Assembly: GCA_009914755.4 (NCBI GenBank)
Contig: CP086569.2
Span: forward strand, 4,064,001 to 4,128,000
Reading direction: 5' to 3'
DNA length: 64,000 bases
Source of the DNA: the human T2T-CHM13v2.0 reference genome, Homo sapiens
Shown here: in pieces, positions 12,061-24,059 of the stretch
How the letters are laid out: every line of letters begins with the position of its first letter
Position numbering within the stretch: the stretch's first letter is position 1
Notes under the pieces: model-generated
What the model saw: the letters and a program-made list of their open reading frames with translations, nothing else
Database searches by the model: none
Told to the model about the DNA's origin: nothing
Made by a program: the position numbers and the translations under genes

Positions 12061-12429
12061 CAACATTAATATTAGTAATTTAGAAATCCATTCAAACTGG
12101 GATTTTTATTTACTTAGAAGTCCGTAAATGCTTTTAAAAATATCTAAGGTCTTAGATTCATTTCTTGGAGATTTGTCCTAAGCAATTTATAAAAGGAAGT
12201 TTTATCTACAAACATCTTTACTGTCACAAGATTTATAACAATGAAAATTATAGAAATAGAACAAATATAAAACAATACGTGAAGTGAACTAAATATTAAT
12301 AAAACCAGTCAATTTAATATCATGAAACCAATAAAAATTATATTTGTATAAGTTAAAAACTACAGAAATATAAGGCATATTAAATTTTTATACTTTGGAA
12401 TCACAAGTATGTAGAACAAAAGTACAAAC

Positions 12430-14230
12430 AGGAGAGACAGAGAAAGATGGCTGTATAGAAGATTTCATTGATCACCACCCCCTTGCAGAACCACCAAATT
12501 TAAAAACCATCTACACACAAAAAGCACATTAATAAAAACTAAAAATCAGGTGAGCATTCACAGTACCTGGTTTTAATATTATATCACTGAGATAGACACT
12601 AAAAATGGTAGAAAACATAGACTGGAATCACTGATGCCACCGTTCCCCCTTTGCTCAGCAGCAACCATGGTGTGAAGAGAAAAGCTATGCACATGGGAGA
12701 GAGAGAGTGCAGTGATTGTGAGAATTTCCATTGAACTCAGTGCTTACAGTGGAAAGCAAAACCAGAAGAAACTAAACTGATTGGGTTGGTTAAGTTGCCA
12801 ACCGATGGAGAAAACATTTAAACCAATCCTAGGGAGAGGGAAATTGTGCATGCTGGTGGTCAGAATTTGAGTATGAATAAGTCATACTACAATGGTCTAA
12901 AGTGCTCTGGGGTTCTAAGTAAACTTGAAAGGCAGCATAGACCAAAAGGAATGAAACTCCTAAGTAAGTCCTGGTGCTGATCTGTGTTCAGAGCCAGTGG
13001 ACTAAACAAGCATGCAACTGACTCAGACATCAGCCAGGATGGCTAAGAGAATGTTTGCACCACTGCTCTACCAAACGCAGGCGGCATAGCTCCTGAGTCC
13101 AAAAGACACCTCTTTCTCTCTCTTGAAAGGAGAGAGAAGAATAAATAGGACTTTGTCTTTGTCTTGAATCTTGGCTACCAGCTTAGTCACAGTAGGATAG
13201 GGCATGGGTCAGAGTCATGAGGCCCCCGTTCCAGGTCCTAGCTCCTGGAGGACATATTTAGACACACCATGGACAAGAAGGAAACCAACTACATTGAAGG
13301 GAAAGACACAGTCCTGGCAAGACCCATAACCTGCTGATTAAAGAGCCCTTGGGCCCTGAATAACCAGCAGCAATACCCAGGTAGTACACCAAAGGCCTTG
13401 GGTGAGACTTTAAGATTTGCTGGCTTTAGGTTACGCTAAGCAAATTCCCAGCTGTAGTGACTGTGGGGCAAGAATCCTTCTTGAGAAAAGCAGTGGGAAA
13501 AGTAAAGGGGACTTTGTTTTGCAACTTAGGTACCAGGTCAGCCACAGGGTTATACAGCACCAAGCAGGCTCTTAGGGTCCAGAATTCAAGGTCTTGGCTC
13601 TTGTATGGCACTTATGAATCTTCCTTCAGAAAGAGGGTAGCCCACTGCCTAAAAGTGTGAATCCCAGGCCTGGCAGCATTTACCACAAGCCGAATGAAGA
13701 GCACTGGAGCCTTAAGTGAACATTGGCAATGGCCTGGCAATACTCTCTGTGGGCCTGTGGTGGTGGATGGCCACAAGGGGAGGCTTGTCTGCCTGTGGAA
13801 AGAGTCTGCCTGAGGGAAGAGTGAGAAAAACTGTGTCTTTTTGTTTGAGTGCTAGTTCAGCCACAGTACAATAGAACTATGTCTATTGTTTGAGGTTTTT
13901 GTAAATGTCTGAGGTTTTTGACTCCCTGGCTCCTAGATGGTACCTCTGGACCTGCCCAAGCCTGGGGAACTTATCAACAAGAAGGGAAAAACACAGGCCC
14001 GGCTGGCTTTACCATCTGATTGTAGAGACCTAGTGTGTTTACAAACATAGGCAGTAGACAGGGAGTGGTTATAGCAGATGTTGGGAAAAACCCAGTGATA
14101 TTCTGGCTTCAGGTCAGACCCAGCACAGTCCCTTTGGTGGTGCCCACAGGGTTGCTTGTGTCATCCCATTCACAGCTCCAAGTGGCACAACACACACACA
14201 CAGAGACTTTGTTAGTCATGTTGACCATTT
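12430..14230 (+). repeat. L1-5'UTR-like region starting with an agatggc-type motif, followed by at least 3 degenerate tandem monomers of ~340 bp (about 13140, 13500, 13840). No downstream L1 body.
   Basis: It starts ggagagacagagaaagatggctgtatagaag (compare the L1 starts ggccaagatggc(a/c)ga(c/a)tag(a/g)aac). The monomers are homologous, for example ctcctggaggacatatttagacacaccatggacaagaaggaaaccaactacattgaagggaaagacacagtcctggcaagacccataacctgctgattaaagag versus ctcctagatggtacctctggacctgcccaagcctggggaacttatcaacaagaagggaaaaacacaggcccggctggctttaccatctgattgtagagac. Units also begin ggactttgtctttgtcttgaatcttggctaccagcttagtcacag, gggactttgttttgcaacttaggtaccaggtcagccacag and ctgtgtctttttgtttgagtgctagttcagccacag. 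Confidence 0.35.
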
Positions 14231-14830
14231 TTTCTTGTACTTAATGGTCATTTGTATATCTTCTTTGGAGAAATGACTATTCAACTTTTTTACCCATTTA
14301 TTACTCAAGTTGTTTTGTATTTTCTTGTTACTGAGTTATAGTTCTTTGTATATTCTGGATATTAACTCTTTATCAAATATATGATTTGAAAATATTTTTC
14401 CCATTATGTAGGTTGCATTTTTACTTTCTGGTAGTATTTTTAGTGCAAAAATATTTTTAACTTTAATAAACTTCAATTTATCTATTTTTTCTTCTTTCGC
14501 CTGTGCTTTTGGTATCATATTTCAGAAATTATTGCCAAATCCAATGTTACAAAGATTTTCCCTTATGTCTTTCCCTGAGAGTCTTATGCCCTTAGCTCTT
14601 ACATTTAGGCATTTGATCAATTTTGAGTTAATTTTTGTATATGGTATAAGGTAAGTATCAGACATGATCCTTTTTCATGTAGATATCCAGCTTTCCCATC
14701 ACCATTTGTTTTCTCAATTCAATGACTTTGTCTAAAATCATTTGCCTATATAGGCAAAAGTTTATTTCTGGGCTTTCTATTTTATCCTATTGGTTTATTC
14801 TACAAACGGAATGTTTCTTTTCCCCTCAAA
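14230..14830 (-). mobile_element. Old L1 (L1M) ORF2 C-terminal fragment
   Basis: The minus ORF 14336-14518 reads MIPKAQAKEEKIDKLKFIKVKNIFALKI...DKELISRIYKEL, matching L1 ORF2 [21 protein letters not shown]...[12 protein letters not shown]. The + strand shows the usual antisense-L1 strings (ctggatattaactctttatcaaatatatgatttgaaaatatttt). Confidence 0.75.
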
Positions 14831-14839
14831 TTTATATAC

Positions 14840-15215
14840 TGAAATTCTAACTCCCAATGTAATGAAATTAGTTGGTGGGGCATTTAGAAAGTAATTATAT
14901 CACGAAGCTCGAGCCCTCATGAATGGTATTGGGGCATTAGAAGAAAAGGTTATAAGAAAAAAAGTGAGAAGACCGACTTGCTCTTCACCCCCCATTTCTC
15001 CTTTCTCTCTCTCTCTCTGCCACGTGAGGATACAAAAACTGCCTGTCTGCAAATTAAGAAGTGTGTCCTCCTAAGACACCAGTTTTGCTGGCACCTTGAT
15101 ATTGGGCTTCACAACCTTCAGACATATAACTAATAAATTTCAGTCATTTAAGCGACCCAGTCTATAGTATTTTGTTATAGCAGTCCAACAGACTAAGACA
15201 GAAATTGGTTCCAAG
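14840..15215 (+). mobile_element. ERVL-MaLR-type LTR (MST/MLT1-like)
   Basis: aaattctaactcccaatgtaatgaaattagttggtggggcatttag...ccacgtgaggatacaaaaactgcc...ctaataaatttcagtcatttaagcgacccagtctatagtattttgttatagcagtccaacagactaagacag is the canonical MaLR LTR architecture. It is followed by a PBS-like aaattggttcc. Confidence 0.65.
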
Positions 15216-15700
15216 AAATGAGCTGCTGCTGTATTAAACACCTAAAAATGCCTTTGGAACTGGGTAATGTATAGAGGCTGGAAGAGTTTTGAAGTACATG
15301 CTAAAAACACCCAAGTCTCCAAAGAGACTTTTAAAGGTGATTATAATAAGGGATAAGAAAGAGGAGAGCTGTAGATAAAGCATTTCTCTTCTTAGAGAAT
15401 ACATAAATAATAATATACAGGATGTTTGTGGAACTGTGGATGGTAAAAGCCATCCTAATGAGGTTCACATGAAAAGGAGGAATGCATCATTGGACAATGG
15501 AGGAAAAGCAATGCTTGTTATAAAGTAGCAAAGAACTTGGCTAAATTGTGTTTGAGTTCCAGTGTTTTTTGAAAGGTAAAACTGATGAGCAATGAAGTTC
15601 AATATTTACCGAGGAGACTTCTAAGTGAAGTGTTGAATGAGCAGTCTGTTTTTCCTGACTGATTATAGTAATATGTGAGAAGAGAGAAATAAATTAGATA
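15215..15700 (+). mobile_element. Probable MaLR/ERVL internal sequence downstream of the LTR, truncated by the L1PA insertion
   Basis: It starts with the PBS-like aattggttccaag directly after the LTR end. The assignment rests on position only. Confidence 0.3.
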
Positions 15701-17635
15701 GAAAATTATTTTTTATATTTAAATTTGTTTTCTTTTTAATTTTAAGTTCCCAGGTACACGTGCAGGATGTGCAGGTTTGTTACATACGTAAACGTGCCAT
15801 GGTGATTTGCTGCACTTATGAACCCATCATCTTGTTAAGCCTGGCATGAATTAGCTATTTTTTCTGATGCTCTTCCCCCTACCTTCCCTCAACTGGCCTC
15901 AGTTTGTGTTGTTCCCCTCCCTGTGTCCATGTGTTCTCATTGTTCAGCTCCCACTTATAAGTGAGAACATGCAGTGTTTAGTTTTCTGTTCCTGCATTAG
16001 CTTACTGAGGATAAGGGCTTCCAGTTCCATCCATGTCCCTGAAAAGGACATGATCTCATTCCTTCTTGTGGCTGCATAGTATTCCATTGTGTATATGTAC
16101 CATATTTTCTTTATCCATTTTATCATTGATGGACATTTGGGTTGATTCCATGTCTTTGCTATTGTGAATATGCTGCAATGAACGTACATGTGCATGTACC
16201 TTTATAACAGAATAATTTACATTCCTTTGGGTATATACCCAGTAATGGGGTTACTGGGTCAAATGGTATTTTTGATTCTAAATCTTTGAGGAATTGCCAC
16301 ACCATCTTCCACAGTGGTTGCACTAATTTACATTCCCACTAACAGTGTAAGAGCATTCCTATTTCCCTGCAACCTCGCCAGCATCTGTTGCTTCCTGACT
16401 GTTTAATAATCGTGATTCTGACTAGCATGAAATGATATTTCATTGTGGTTTTAATTTGCATTTTTCTAATGATCAGTGGAGCTTTTTTTCATGTATTTGT
16501 TGGTCACATAAATGTCTTCCTTTGAGAAGTGTCCGTTCATGTCTTTTGCCCACTTTTTAGTGGAGTTTTTTTTTTTTTTTGTAAATTTGCTAAAGTTTCC
16601 TGTAGATTCTGGATATTATACCTTTGTCAGATAGATAGGCTGCAAAAATTTTCTTCCATTCTGTAGGTTGTCTGTTCTCTCTGATGATAGTTTCTTTTGC
16701 TGCACAGAAGATCTTTAGTTTAATTAGATCCCATTTGTCAATTTGTGCTTTTGTTGCAATTGCTTTTGTTAATTTCTTCATAAAATCTTTGCCTGTGCCT
16801 ATATCCTGAATGATATTGCCTATATTTCCTTCCAGGGTTTTATAATTTTGGGTATTACATTTAAGTCTTTAATCTACCTTGATTTAGTATTTCTATAAGT
16901 TGTGAGGAAGGGGTCCAGTTTCAATTTTCTGCATATGGCTAGCCTGTTTTCTTAGCACTATTTATCTATTTATTAAATAGGGAATCTCTTCCCCATTGCT
17001 GGTTTTTGTCAGCTATTTTGAAGCTCATATGGTTGTAGATGTGTGGTTTTATTTCTGAGTTCTCTATTCTGTTCCATTGGTCTATATACTTGTTTTTGTA
17101 CCAGTACCATGCTGTTTTGGTTACTGTAGCCTTGTAGTATAGTTTGAAGTCAGGTAGTGTGATACCTCCAGCTTTATTCTTTTTGCCTAGGATTGTTGTG
17201 GCTATATGGGCTCCTTTTTTTTTTTTTTTTTTTTTTTTGGTTCCATATGAATTTTAAGATAGTTTTTTCTAAGATTTTGAAGAATTTCAATGGTAGTTTA
17301 ATGGAAATAGCATTGAATATATAAATTGCTTTGGGCAGTATGGCCATTTTCACAATACCGATTCTTCCTATCTATGAACATGGAATGTTTTTTCACCTTT
17401 TTGTTTCCTCTCTGATTTCTTGAGCAGTGGTTTGTAGTTCTTCTTGAAGAGTTCCTTCACTTCCCTTGTTAGCTATATTCCTAGATATTTTATTTTCTTT
17501 GTGGTAATTGTAAATGAAAGTTTATTCTCAATTTGTCTGCTTGTCTGTTGTTAGTGTATAGAAATGTTTGTGATTCCTGAACATTGATTTTGTATCCTGA
17601 GACTTTGCTGAATTTGCTTATCAGCTCTTGAAGAA
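15700..17635 (-). mobile_element. L1PA (primate-specific) 3' ~1.9 kb: ORF2 C-terminal third, 3'UTR and tail. It is 5'-truncated and nested inside ERV-derived sequence.
   Basis: The + strand reads the reverse complement of the L1PA 3' end (ttttaagttcccaggtacacgtgcaggatgtgcaggtttgttacat...cccacttataagtgagaacatgcagtgtttagttttctgttcctg...). Minus ORFs 15944-16195 (..KCPSMIKWIKKIWYIYTMEYYAA..) and 16590-16781 ([60 protein letters not shown]) are ORF2. Confidence 0.9.
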
Positions 17636-17639
17636 TGAC

Positions 17640-18230
17640 AGTGGATTATTATAAGCTTAACCAAGTGGTAACTCAGATTGCAGCTGCTGTACCAGACGTG
17701 GTTTCATTGCTTGAGCAAATTAACACATCTCCTGATATCTGGTATGCAGCCATTGACTTGGCAAATGCCTATTTCTCTATTCTTGCCCATAAGGCCCACC
17801 AGAAACAATTTGCCTTCAGCTAACAAGGCCAGCAATGTACATTTACTGTCTTACCTCAGGGTTATAACGACTCTCCAGATTTGTGTCATAATCTTATTCG
17901 GAGAAATCTTGATCACTTTTTGCTTCCACAAGATTTCACACTGGCCCATTACATTGATGACATTATGCTGATTGGATCCAGTGAGCAAGAAGTAGCAAAC
18001 ACACTGGCTTATTGGTGAGGTATTTGCATTGCCAGAGAATGGGAAACAAATCCAACTAAAATTCAGGGGAACTTCTACCTCAGTAAAATTTCTGGGGGTT
18101 TAGTGATGTGGGGCTTGCTGAGATATTTCTTCTAAGGTGAAGAATAAGTTGCCGCATTTGGCCCCTCCTGGAACCAAGAAAGGGGCACTATCTAATCAGG
18201 TGCCAGTGCAACTAGAATATAAGCAGGCAG
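17640..18230 (+). mobile_element. ERVL-like (class III endogenous retrovirus) pol / reverse transcriptase fragment. Decayed, with frameshifts.
   Basis: ORF 17635-17823 reads ...[28 protein letters not shown]. Other frames read [18 protein letters not shown], then [22 protein letters not shown] (YIDD active-site box). 18137-18200 reads KNKLPHLAPPGTKKGA. This is the motif order of retroviral RT, with spumavirus/ERVL-like LPQG(Y/F).NSP(A/D)L. Confidence 0.6.
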
Positions 18231-18401
18231 GAAAATGTGAAAAGAGAGACTGGCTTAGCCTCCCAGCCTACATCTTTCTCCAGTGCTGGATGCTTCCTGC
18301 CCTCAAACATTGGACTCTAATTTTTTCAGTTTTGGAACTCGGACTGGCTCATCTTGCTCCTCAGCCTGCAGATGGTCTGTTGTGGGACCTTGTGATAATG
18401 T

Positions 18402-18471
<70 letters not shown>

Positions 18472-18520
18472 TTCCATTAGTTCTGTCCCTCTAGAGAACC
18501 CTAATACATCAGTTTAAGAA
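18230..18520 (+). mobile_element. MLT-type (ERVL/MaLR) LTR fragment containing a GATA microsatellite
   Basis: ctcaaacattggactctaattttttcagttttggaactcggactggctcatcttgctcctcagcctgcagatggtctgttgtgggaccttgtgataatgtaag...attccattagttctgtccctctagagaaccctaatacatc resembles MLT1/MLT2 LTR ends (...gggacttctcagcctccataat...ctctggagaaccctgactaata). Confidence 0.45.
18404..18470. repeat. (GATA)n tetranucleotide microsatellite, about 16 units
   Basis: aagatagatagatagatag...gatagatat, read directly. Confidence 0.95.
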
Positions 18521-18604
18521 GTTTTGGGCTGAGTTGATGGGGTTTTCTAGGTATAGAATCATTTCATCTACAAAAAAGACAATTTGAATTTTAAGTATAA
18601 AAGA

Positions 18605-18925
18605 ACCAGTGACTGAACACAGTGGCTCATGTTTGTAATCTCAGCATTTTGGGAAGCCAAGGCAGTAGGATTGCTTGAGGCCAAGAGTTCAAAATTAGCA
18701 TAAACAACATAATGAGACCCCATCTTTACAATAAAAAATATATTAAAAATAGCTGGGCATGGTGGCACATGCTTGTAGTCCCAGCTACTTGGAAGGCTGA
18801 GGCAGGTGAACTGCTTGAGCCTAGGAATTCAAGGCTGCAATAAAGTTTGATTGTGCCACTGCACTTCTGCCTGGGCAACAGAGAGAGATTCCATCTCTAA
18901 AAAAATAAGAATAAAAAATAAATGA
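18605..18925 (+). mobile_element. Alu (older, AluJ/S-like) with A-rich tail
   Basis: gactgaacacagtggctcatgtttgtaatctcagcattttgggaagccaaggcagtaggattgcttgaggccaagagttcaaaa...tagctgggcatggtggcacatgcttgtagtcccagctacttggaaggctgaggcagg...ctgcacttctgcctgggcaacagagagagattccatctctaaaaaaataag. Confidence 0.85.
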
Positions 18926-19949
18926 ATAAGCCAAAACCTGAAAAAGTATAACTTTTTCAATCTGTTTATATTGCACAAAGTGAGAAAGCATGTTTTAAAA
19001 TATGTTATAGAGCATTGAGGGTGTGACAAAGCAAACATTTGATAAGGAGATTGAGATAGATGGATGTGAACCATGGAATTAATCAACCACCCCAGCAGGA
19101 AAACTGCCAGTTTGAAGCACAGACTCAATCAGTCAACTAAAAATACCCAGGAATAGATATCTGATTATACCAGCAGAATCACCGCCAGCTGGAAATAAAA
19201 AATTAAAAAAAGAGAAAATGTGATAAAATTAAAAAGGCTGAAACTGTGTGCTAACTTTCAAGAAAAAGAGGACCTTAAAGGTAATTCAATGATCTGTAAG
19301 GCAGACAGTGCCCAACGAAGCTAAGGGAGCAGGGACATTCCATGCCATAGGGATAGTGCCATCCAGTAGAGCCTGTGGAGGCAATTTCTGCATGGCAGAG
19401 TGTCAGCATAGGCAGAGCCCTGGCAGAAAGCCCCATCATGGCCATAGGTCAGGCACTGCAGACAGCCATGACATAGGCATTGCCCCGCTGAGCCGTGAGG
19501 GTGACACTGCTACCTAGTGGGTCCAGAAGGCAGAGCACTGGGACAAAAAAAAATTTTTTTCTCCACCCTTAAGATTTTACAAAGTTTGCCTAGTTAGGTT
19601 TTGAATGTGCTTGGAACTATAATCTTTTTTCTTCTTTCCTGTTTTTCCTTTTTAGAATGAGAATGTCTATTCCATGCCTCTCCCACCATTGATTTAGAAG
19701 CATATAACTTCTTTAGTTTGACAGACTTACAGCTAGAGAGGAATTTTGTCTAAGGATGAAAGTCTTACTCACATCTGATTTAGATGATATGATATTTACA
19801 TGAAGTTAAGAACTTTAGATTTTAGAATTGATTCTGGAATGAGTTAAGAGTTTTAGAAATGTTAGAATGAAAGGAATTAATTTGGCCTGTGATAAAAACA
19901 AGCATTTGGTGGGGGGCAGGGGTAGAATGCCGTGGACTAAATGTTGTTT

Positions 19950-20110
19950 TTCTCACAAAATTTATGTTAAAACCCTTAGCCCCATTGTGAATAGAAGAAG
20001 AGCCTTTGGGAGTTAACTAGGTTGTGAAACTGAAGCTCTTATGGGTGGGAATAGTCCCTTTAAAAGAAGAGGCATGAGAGAGTTTTCTCTCCCTCTCTCT
20101 CAGCCATCAT
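19950..20110 (+). mobile_element. 5' portion of a MaLR LTR, truncated
   Basis: atgttaaaacccttagccccattgtgaatagaagaagagcctttgggagttaactaggttgtgaaactgaagctcttatgggtgggaatagtccctttaaaagaagaggcatgagagagtt..ctctctctcagccatcat matches the MaLR LTR 5' consensus pattern (tatgttgaagccctaaccccc..gatggtatttggagatggggcctttgggaggtaattaggtt..tgagggtggggccctcatgatgggattagtgcccttataagaagagacaccagagag). Confidence 0.55.
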
Positions 20111-21450
20111 TTTGATCAGGATTGTGTTGAATTTGTACATCAGCTTTGGATACTCTACACATATTAACAATATTGTTTTCGAATTTATGAAAACAGGATT
20201 TCTTTCCATTTATTAATATATTATTTAATTTCTTTCATCAATTTTTTTCATTTATACTATAAAAATGTTTTGCCTCCTTGACTAAGTTATTTCTAAGTAT
20301 TTATTCCCTTTGATGTTATTGTAAATAAAATTGTTTTTTAATTTTTATTTCAAATTTTTCAATGTTAGTATATAGAAAGACAATTAATTTTTTGTTGATT
20401 TTGTATCCTGCAGCTTTTCTAAATTTATTATTTAAAAAAAATTGTGTGTGTGTGTGTGTGTGTGTAGTCTTTTCCAATCACAATGCAATGAATAGAAGTC
20501 AACAACTGATTGTAATTGGAAAACGTATGTTGTATGACTTAAATGTTTTTAAATTTATTGAGACTATTTTGGGGGGCCTAAATATATGGCCTCTCCTTGA
20601 AAACAATCAATGTGTATGTGAAAAAAAATGTACTTTGCTGTTGTTGAGTGCAGTGCTCTCTATATGTCTATTAGGTCTAAATGTTCAAGGTATTTTTTAA
20701 GTACCCTTTTACTTTATTGATTTTCTGCCTGGTTTTGCTGTCTATTTTTGGAAGTAGGGTACTAAAGTCTCCTCATATTATTGTAGAGTTGCCTATTTTT
20801 CTCTTCAATTTTGTTAAGAATTGCTTCTTATATTTTGGAGCTCTGATGTATAGCACATATATGTTTATAATTGTTATATCTTCCTTGTGAATTGGTTTTT
20901 ATATCATTAAATAATATTACCTTTTTCCCTCTTGTAGTAGTATTTTTTTTTAATTTAAAGTTATTTTGGCTGAAATTGGTATAGCCACCCCTCCTCTCTT
21001 CTTGTTCCTTTGTATTTTCCATCTTGTTTTTCAACACTTGTATTTCTTTAGATCTAAACTGTCTCTAGTATACAGCAAGTAGTTTGATCTTATTTTTATC
21101 CATTCTGTATTCAGATTGAAGACTATATTTTATATGCCTTTAGGATAATTATTGACAGGGGAGCACTATCAATACTTTCCATTTTGTAATTTGATTTGTG
21201 TGTGTGTGTTATAGATATTTGTCTTTATTCCTGTATTACTGACCTCCCTTGTGTATAGTTTATTTTATGTGAATACATTTTGAATACCTTCTTATTTCCT
21301 TTTGTGTATATTTTCTAGCTATTTTCTCTTTGGTTACCCAAAAAACATGGTTCTTTGGTTACCATGTGAGTAATATATAAAACATCATAAGGCTATAAAA
21401 ATCCATCCTAAATTGATACCATCTTAACTTCAATTGCATATAAAACTTCA
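20110..21450 (-). mobile_element. Old L1M fragment (ORF2 N-terminal region through the ORF1-ORF2 junction), antisense on the + strand. It contains an internal (GT)n at 20446-20466.
   Basis: The + strand shows typical antisense L1M strings: tgatcaggattgtgttgaatttgtacatcagctttggatactctacacatattaacaatattg, ctcctcatattattgtagagttgcctatttttctcttcaattttgttaagaattgcttcttatattttggagctctgatgtatagcacatatatgtttataattgttatatcttcc, and ttttggctgaaattggtatagccacccctcctctcttcttg. Confidence 0.6.
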
Positions 21451-21494
21451 TTGCAGTTTACCACCTTTCCCAGTTTATGTTACTAATGTCATAA

Positions 21495-21900
21495 ATTATA
21501 ATTGACACTTGAACAATATAAGAGATAAGAATGCCAAGTCCCTACAAGTTGAAAATCTGCATATAACTTTCTATTCCCCCAAACTTCACTACTAATTGCC
21601 TACTGTTGGACAGAAACCTTACTGATAACATAGTAGTTTAACACATGTTCTGTATTTTATATGTATTATGTTCTGTAAGTAAGCTAGAGAATGTATTTTA
21701 TTAAGAATATCATAAGGAAGAGAAAATATACTTACTATTCATTAAGTAGGTTTAAATCATCACAAAGGTCTTCATCCTCATCACTTCATGTTCAGTCCTG
21801 AACATGTTGCTGTCTCAGCAGTGGCAGAGGCAGAAGAAAATACATGTATAAGTGGACTCACAATTTAAACACATGTTGTCCAAGGCTAAACTGTATATCT
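21495..21900. mobile_element. Possible Tigger/pogo-like nonautonomous DNA transposon (MER-type MITE)
   Basis: The left end reads cacttgaacaatataagagataagaatgccaagtccctacaagttgaaaatctgcatataac. The right end reads tacatgtataagtggactcacaatttaaacacatgttgtccaaggctaaactgtatat. Both resemble Tigger terminal regions (cagttgacccttgaacaacacgggtttgaactgcgcgggtccacttatacgcggattttcaact and its reverse complement). Confidence 0.35.
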
Positions 21901-22074
21901 TTATATGTTATGTAACCATTACCATTATCATATAAAGATTTTAGATTTATAATCTTTATTCATTTATAATTTAAATCCTACAGATAATATGTGGTGATAC
22001 AAGTAAAAATTAAAATAATAATAATATTTATATTTGTTATATGTTCATCTATTTACCTATTTTATTACTCTGTT

Positions 22075-23080
<1,006 letters not shown>

Positions 23081-23099
23081 CTTCTCTGGAGATGTTTAT

Positions 23100-23620
23100 A
23101 TTTTTTCTTATGGCTTTGAGTGATTGTCTAGGATTCTACTTGAAGGACTCCATTTAATATTTCTTGCAGGGAAGGTCCAGGGGTGGTAAGCTACTTCAGC
23201 TTTTGTTTGTATGAAAATGTCCTGACTACTCATCTATTTTAGAAATATAGTTTTGCCAGGTATAGAATTCCTGATTGGCAGTTCTTTTCTTCAGTCTCTT
23301 TAAATGTATCATGCTATTATTTCTGTTCTCCAAGATGTCTGATAAGAAATTCACTAGGATAGTCATATTGAGAGCTCTTGCATATGATCGGTCCATTTTA
23401 CCTTGCTGTTTTCAATGTCCTTTTCCTATCTTTCCATTTCAGCAGTTAGATTTTAATGTGTCTTAGGGTCTACGATTTTGTCCTACTTGGAATTCATTGA
23501 GCTTCTTGTAATTGTATATTTATATCTTTTTTCAAATTTGGGAAGTTTTCCATATTTATTTATTCAAATAATTTTTCTGTTTTTTTTTTTTCTTTCTCTT
23601 CACCTCCTGCAAGTTCCTGA
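23100..23620 (-). mobile_element. Old L1M fragment (ORF1 3' / inter-ORF region), antisense
   Basis: tttcttgcagggaaggtccaggggtggtaagctacttcagcttttgtttgtatgaaaatgtcctgactactcatctattttagaaatatagttttgccaggtatagaattcctgattggcagttcttttcttcagtctctttaaatgtatcatgctattatttctg parallels the antisense L1 strings at 44840-45100 of the complete L1 in this window. Confidence 0.5.
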
Positions 23621-24005
23621 TGTAGTTTGCATGCTCATCACCTCTAAATCCCATGTTGAAATGTGATCCCTAATGTAGGAGATAGGGCATAGTGGGGAAG
23701 GTTTGGGTCATGGAGGTAAGTTTCTCATGAATGGTTTGGTGCCCTACTCACAGTAATGAGTGAATTCTCACTCTATTATGTCATGTGAAAGCTGGTTGCT
23801 GAAATAGCCTGGTACTTCCTCCCTTCCTCTCTCACCATGTGACATGCTAGCTCTCCTTACACCTCCTGCCATGAGAGTAAGCTTCCTGAAGCCCTCACCA
23901 GAAGCAAATGCCAGCACTATGCTTCTTGTATAGTCTGCAGAATAGTCAGCCAAAATAAACCTTTTTTCTTTATAAATAACCCAGCATTAGATATTAATTT
24001 ACAGC
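23619..24005 (+). mobile_element. MaLR LTR (MST/MLT1-like), about 385 bp
   Basis: tgatgtagtttgcatgctcatcacctctaaatcccatgttgaaatgtgatccctaatgtaggagatagggcatagtgggg...ccatgtgacatgctagc...ctttataaataacccagcattagatattaatttacagcaatgtaaaatagactgacatactaacac. Confidence 0.7.
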
Positions 24006-24059
24006 AATGTAAAATAGACTGACATACTAACACAAGATATATTTTGATCTGCTTGGTGA

